Positions 61,701 to 64,000 of a stretch of DNA of 64,000 nt are shown one piece after another. The notes below the pieces were generated by a model. That model was given only the letters and a program-made list of their open reading frames with translations. It was not told the origin of the DNA and searched no databases. The first letter of the stretch is position 1. Each line of letters begins with the position of its first letter. Position numbers and translations under genes: made by a program. The stretch comes from Blastocladiella emersonii ATCC 22665 (lineage: Eukaryota > Fungi > Blastocladiomycota), in NCBI GenBank assembly GCA_025594325.1, contig JANHCV010000002.1:2777634-2841633 (forward strand). The letters run 5' to 3'.

Positions 61701-64000
61701 CATTGTTGAGTTGAGGACGCCTTGCATGCCTGCCGTTCATGCGAGTGTGTGTGACACCAGGGTGGCCGTTTGCGCCGTGTGCGCACCGCGGGGTGCGTCG
61801 GGCGCTGTGTGCTGTGCGCGCTGCACGGTGCGCGGTGTACGTCCGTCAGCGGGTGAAGTGGTTTCACGCGGATAGACCAGAGGGGAGCTGCTCGGAACCC
61901 TCTTTATTTTGGAACCAATGCATTTATTCCTTAACTGCGGTTGTGAACTGCAACCAGAATATCCACTGTGCAACGGGCAGCAGCCTTTTTGTGGGCAAGC
62001 CGCAGTACGACAAGCCCGGACCGTGCACGTCGAGGAGCATAGGGGGAAGAATTGTGGGAGGAGAGGGGAGTACGAGAGAGATGGGCGAACGAGGCGAAGA
62101 GAGAGCGAGCTCGAGCAGCGAGCTAAGAGAGCGAACGAAGAGCAGTAAAGAGAGACCGAGCAGAGAGACACGCTGGCGTGACCAGCTAGAGCGCGAGGAC
62201 ATGCCAATGGACCAGTGGCAGTGCTGTGGTATTGGGCATGGCCTGTGAGGTTCGTCAGATGTTTTTCCATCTTTTTGTGCGGACGTTCTTCTTGTTTTTG
62301 CGTTTCTCTTTATTTTGTTTTTCTCCTTCTTTTTCTTTTTCTTTTGTGCGTCAGCGCCATTCAGTGGCGGATCATGCGTTTCATCGTGGTCAGAACGAGA
62401 GAAAGTGGATGGGTCAGTACCGCGCGCAAACACCTGGTGCCACTGGACTTGCGTCGACTGCGCCGATCCTTGGTCTAGTCACATCACCGAATGTGCCTTG
62501 GGGAACCGAGCAACCAAAGTCGGACGGAGGGATCTGCAACAAGAGCCGCTTGGGCCGCGGCTGCTCGGAACCCTCCTTGGCCCATCATCATGCAGGACTT
62601 GGAGTGGACAGCAGAGCCGGCAGCCAGGAGGAGACTGGTCGTGTATTGACTAACAAAGTCGTCCCAGACTACCTACGAGATAGATAATATCTACTGGGTG
62701 GGCGCTGTCAGTCAGGCTGTCAGTGTGGCAGGCTGCCAGGCTGCCAGGGCTCATCATTCATTCGTTTGTTGGCTGGGACGGCAACCAGAGAGCGCGGGCC
62801 CCCAATGACTTGCGAGGCGGTGTGGGTGTTCGGATAGCAGGTAGGCAAGGTGGCAGGTTGACAGGTTGGCAGGTTGGCAGGCTGGCAGGCTGGCAGGCTG
62901 GCAGGTTGGCAGGCTGGCAGGTTGGCTGTTTACTTAGTTGATTGGACCGTGCACTTTGACGACGGGCTCCATTATTAGGGGATCGAAGAGTTGGCTAGTG
63001 GAGTGTGCACAAAGCGGTAGATTTGAATATCTGGCGCTTTGGTTCCTCGCCCACCTGGACGTGAGGGTATGCGAAGATTTGGCTGAGTATGGTTATGTTT
63101 GAGTACCATGACAATTATCAGCGTGGCGGGTTTGATACATCCCGATCGTCAGTCAGGTGTTTTCTTGGTTCAATACTGTGATTTATAGGCCCTTGCCCAC
63201 CTGGACATGGGGCACTCGAAGATTTGACTATGGTTTTGTTTGAGTACCATGACAATTATCTACGTGCCTGGTTTACGATATTTCTTTGGTCAGATATTGC
63301 GTTGCTGTGATACTGTGATTTATGGGTCCCTGGCTAGCTGGACAAGCGGGAAGTGAAAGATTTGAATATGGTTTTGTTTGAGTATCAAGACAATTACCTA
63401 CGCGGTCGGTTATATATACTCATGTGGTCAGATATTTCGTTGGTATGATACTGTGATTTATGGGTGTCCAACCTGCTGGACATGTGGGAAGTCGAAGATT
63501 TGAGTATGGTTTTGTTTGAGTACCATGACAGTTGCCAGAGTGGCTGGTTTACTATACTTCTATGGTCAGATATACTGTTGCTTTGACGTTACGATTTATG
63601 GGTCCTCAACCAGCTGGACATGCAGGAAAGCAAAGATTTGAATATGGTTTTGATTGAGTACCATGACAATTATCCGCGTGGCTGTTTTACCATATTTCTG
63701 TCGTCAGATACTTTGTTGGTTCGATACTGTGATTTATGGGTCCCTGGCCAGCTGGACATGCGGGAAGTCAAGGTTTTGAATATGGTTTTGTTTGAGTACC
63801 ATGACAATTATGTACGAGGCTGGTTTACTATCTTTCCGTTGTCAAATATTTAGTTGGGTCGATACTGTGATTTATGGGTCCCTGGCTAGCTGGACAAGCG
63901 TGTAGTCAAAGATTTGAATATGGTTTTGTTCGACTACCATGACAATTGTCTACGTGGCTGGTTTGGTACGGCCCTATCATCGGTCAATTCATTGCGTGCG

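Larger units (their letters stand above)
37157..64000. repeat. Head-to-tail macrosatellite, 3328-bp unit, ~8.07 copies in the window, continues past the end
   Basis: Identical marker positions recur at 37281, 40609, 43939, 47267, 50595, 53923, 57251, 60579 and ~63914 (periods 3328, 3330, 3328 x5, 3335). Only a handful of SNPs/indels separate the units. Confidence 0.98.

Noticed and set aside
37157-64000. rDNA, 5S, snRNA or histone gene array
   Set aside because: No recognisable 18S/5.8S/28S/5S, U-snRNA or histone motifs on either strand of the unit. A covariance-model search would be needed to exclude a divergent small RNA completely.
37157-64000. The many repeated 60-190 aa ORFs in the ORF track (e.g. 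38402-38968, 38413-38946, 38622-39128)
   Set aside because: They overlap in several frames, lack codon bias and largely derive from the LINE 3' UTR and microsatellites. They are not credible genes.

Overview
Eukaryotic, GC-rich, intron-containing genomic DNA. The gene set and GT-(C/A)CG...CTRAC...YAG introns suggest an early-diverging (chytrid-like) fungus; this taxonomic call is inference. The window has four zones. (1) 1-14.4 kb is gene-poor, with one large orphan gene (2848-6309) and decayed gene relics (Pol alpha, ketopantoate reductase). (2) 14.5-33.9 kb is mostly compact housekeeping genes: MRNIP-like, UTP11, proteasome alpha-3, TIP20/RINT1, D-amino-acid oxidase, CSC1/OSCA channel, a CS+SEL1 protein and a GCN4/CpcA bZIP with uORFs. 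It also holds a LINE RT relic and a 5'-truncated LTA4 hydrolase. (3) 34.1-37.16 kb is a 5'-truncated, internally deleted non-LTR retrotransposon (RT, RNase H, CCHC) whose A-rich 3' end is fused directly to zone 4. (4) 37157-64000 is a near-perfect head-to-tail array of about 8 units of 3328 bp, running off the window. Each unit carries about 7 nested, diverged AT-rich 138-bp monomers and two microsatellites. Each also carries an antisense 654-bp fragment of a related LINE subfamily, flanked by a perfect 16-bp target-site duplication and lying inside a candidate intron. No rRNA, tRNA or CRISPR was recognised. All identities below are from motif recognition by eye, not database searches.
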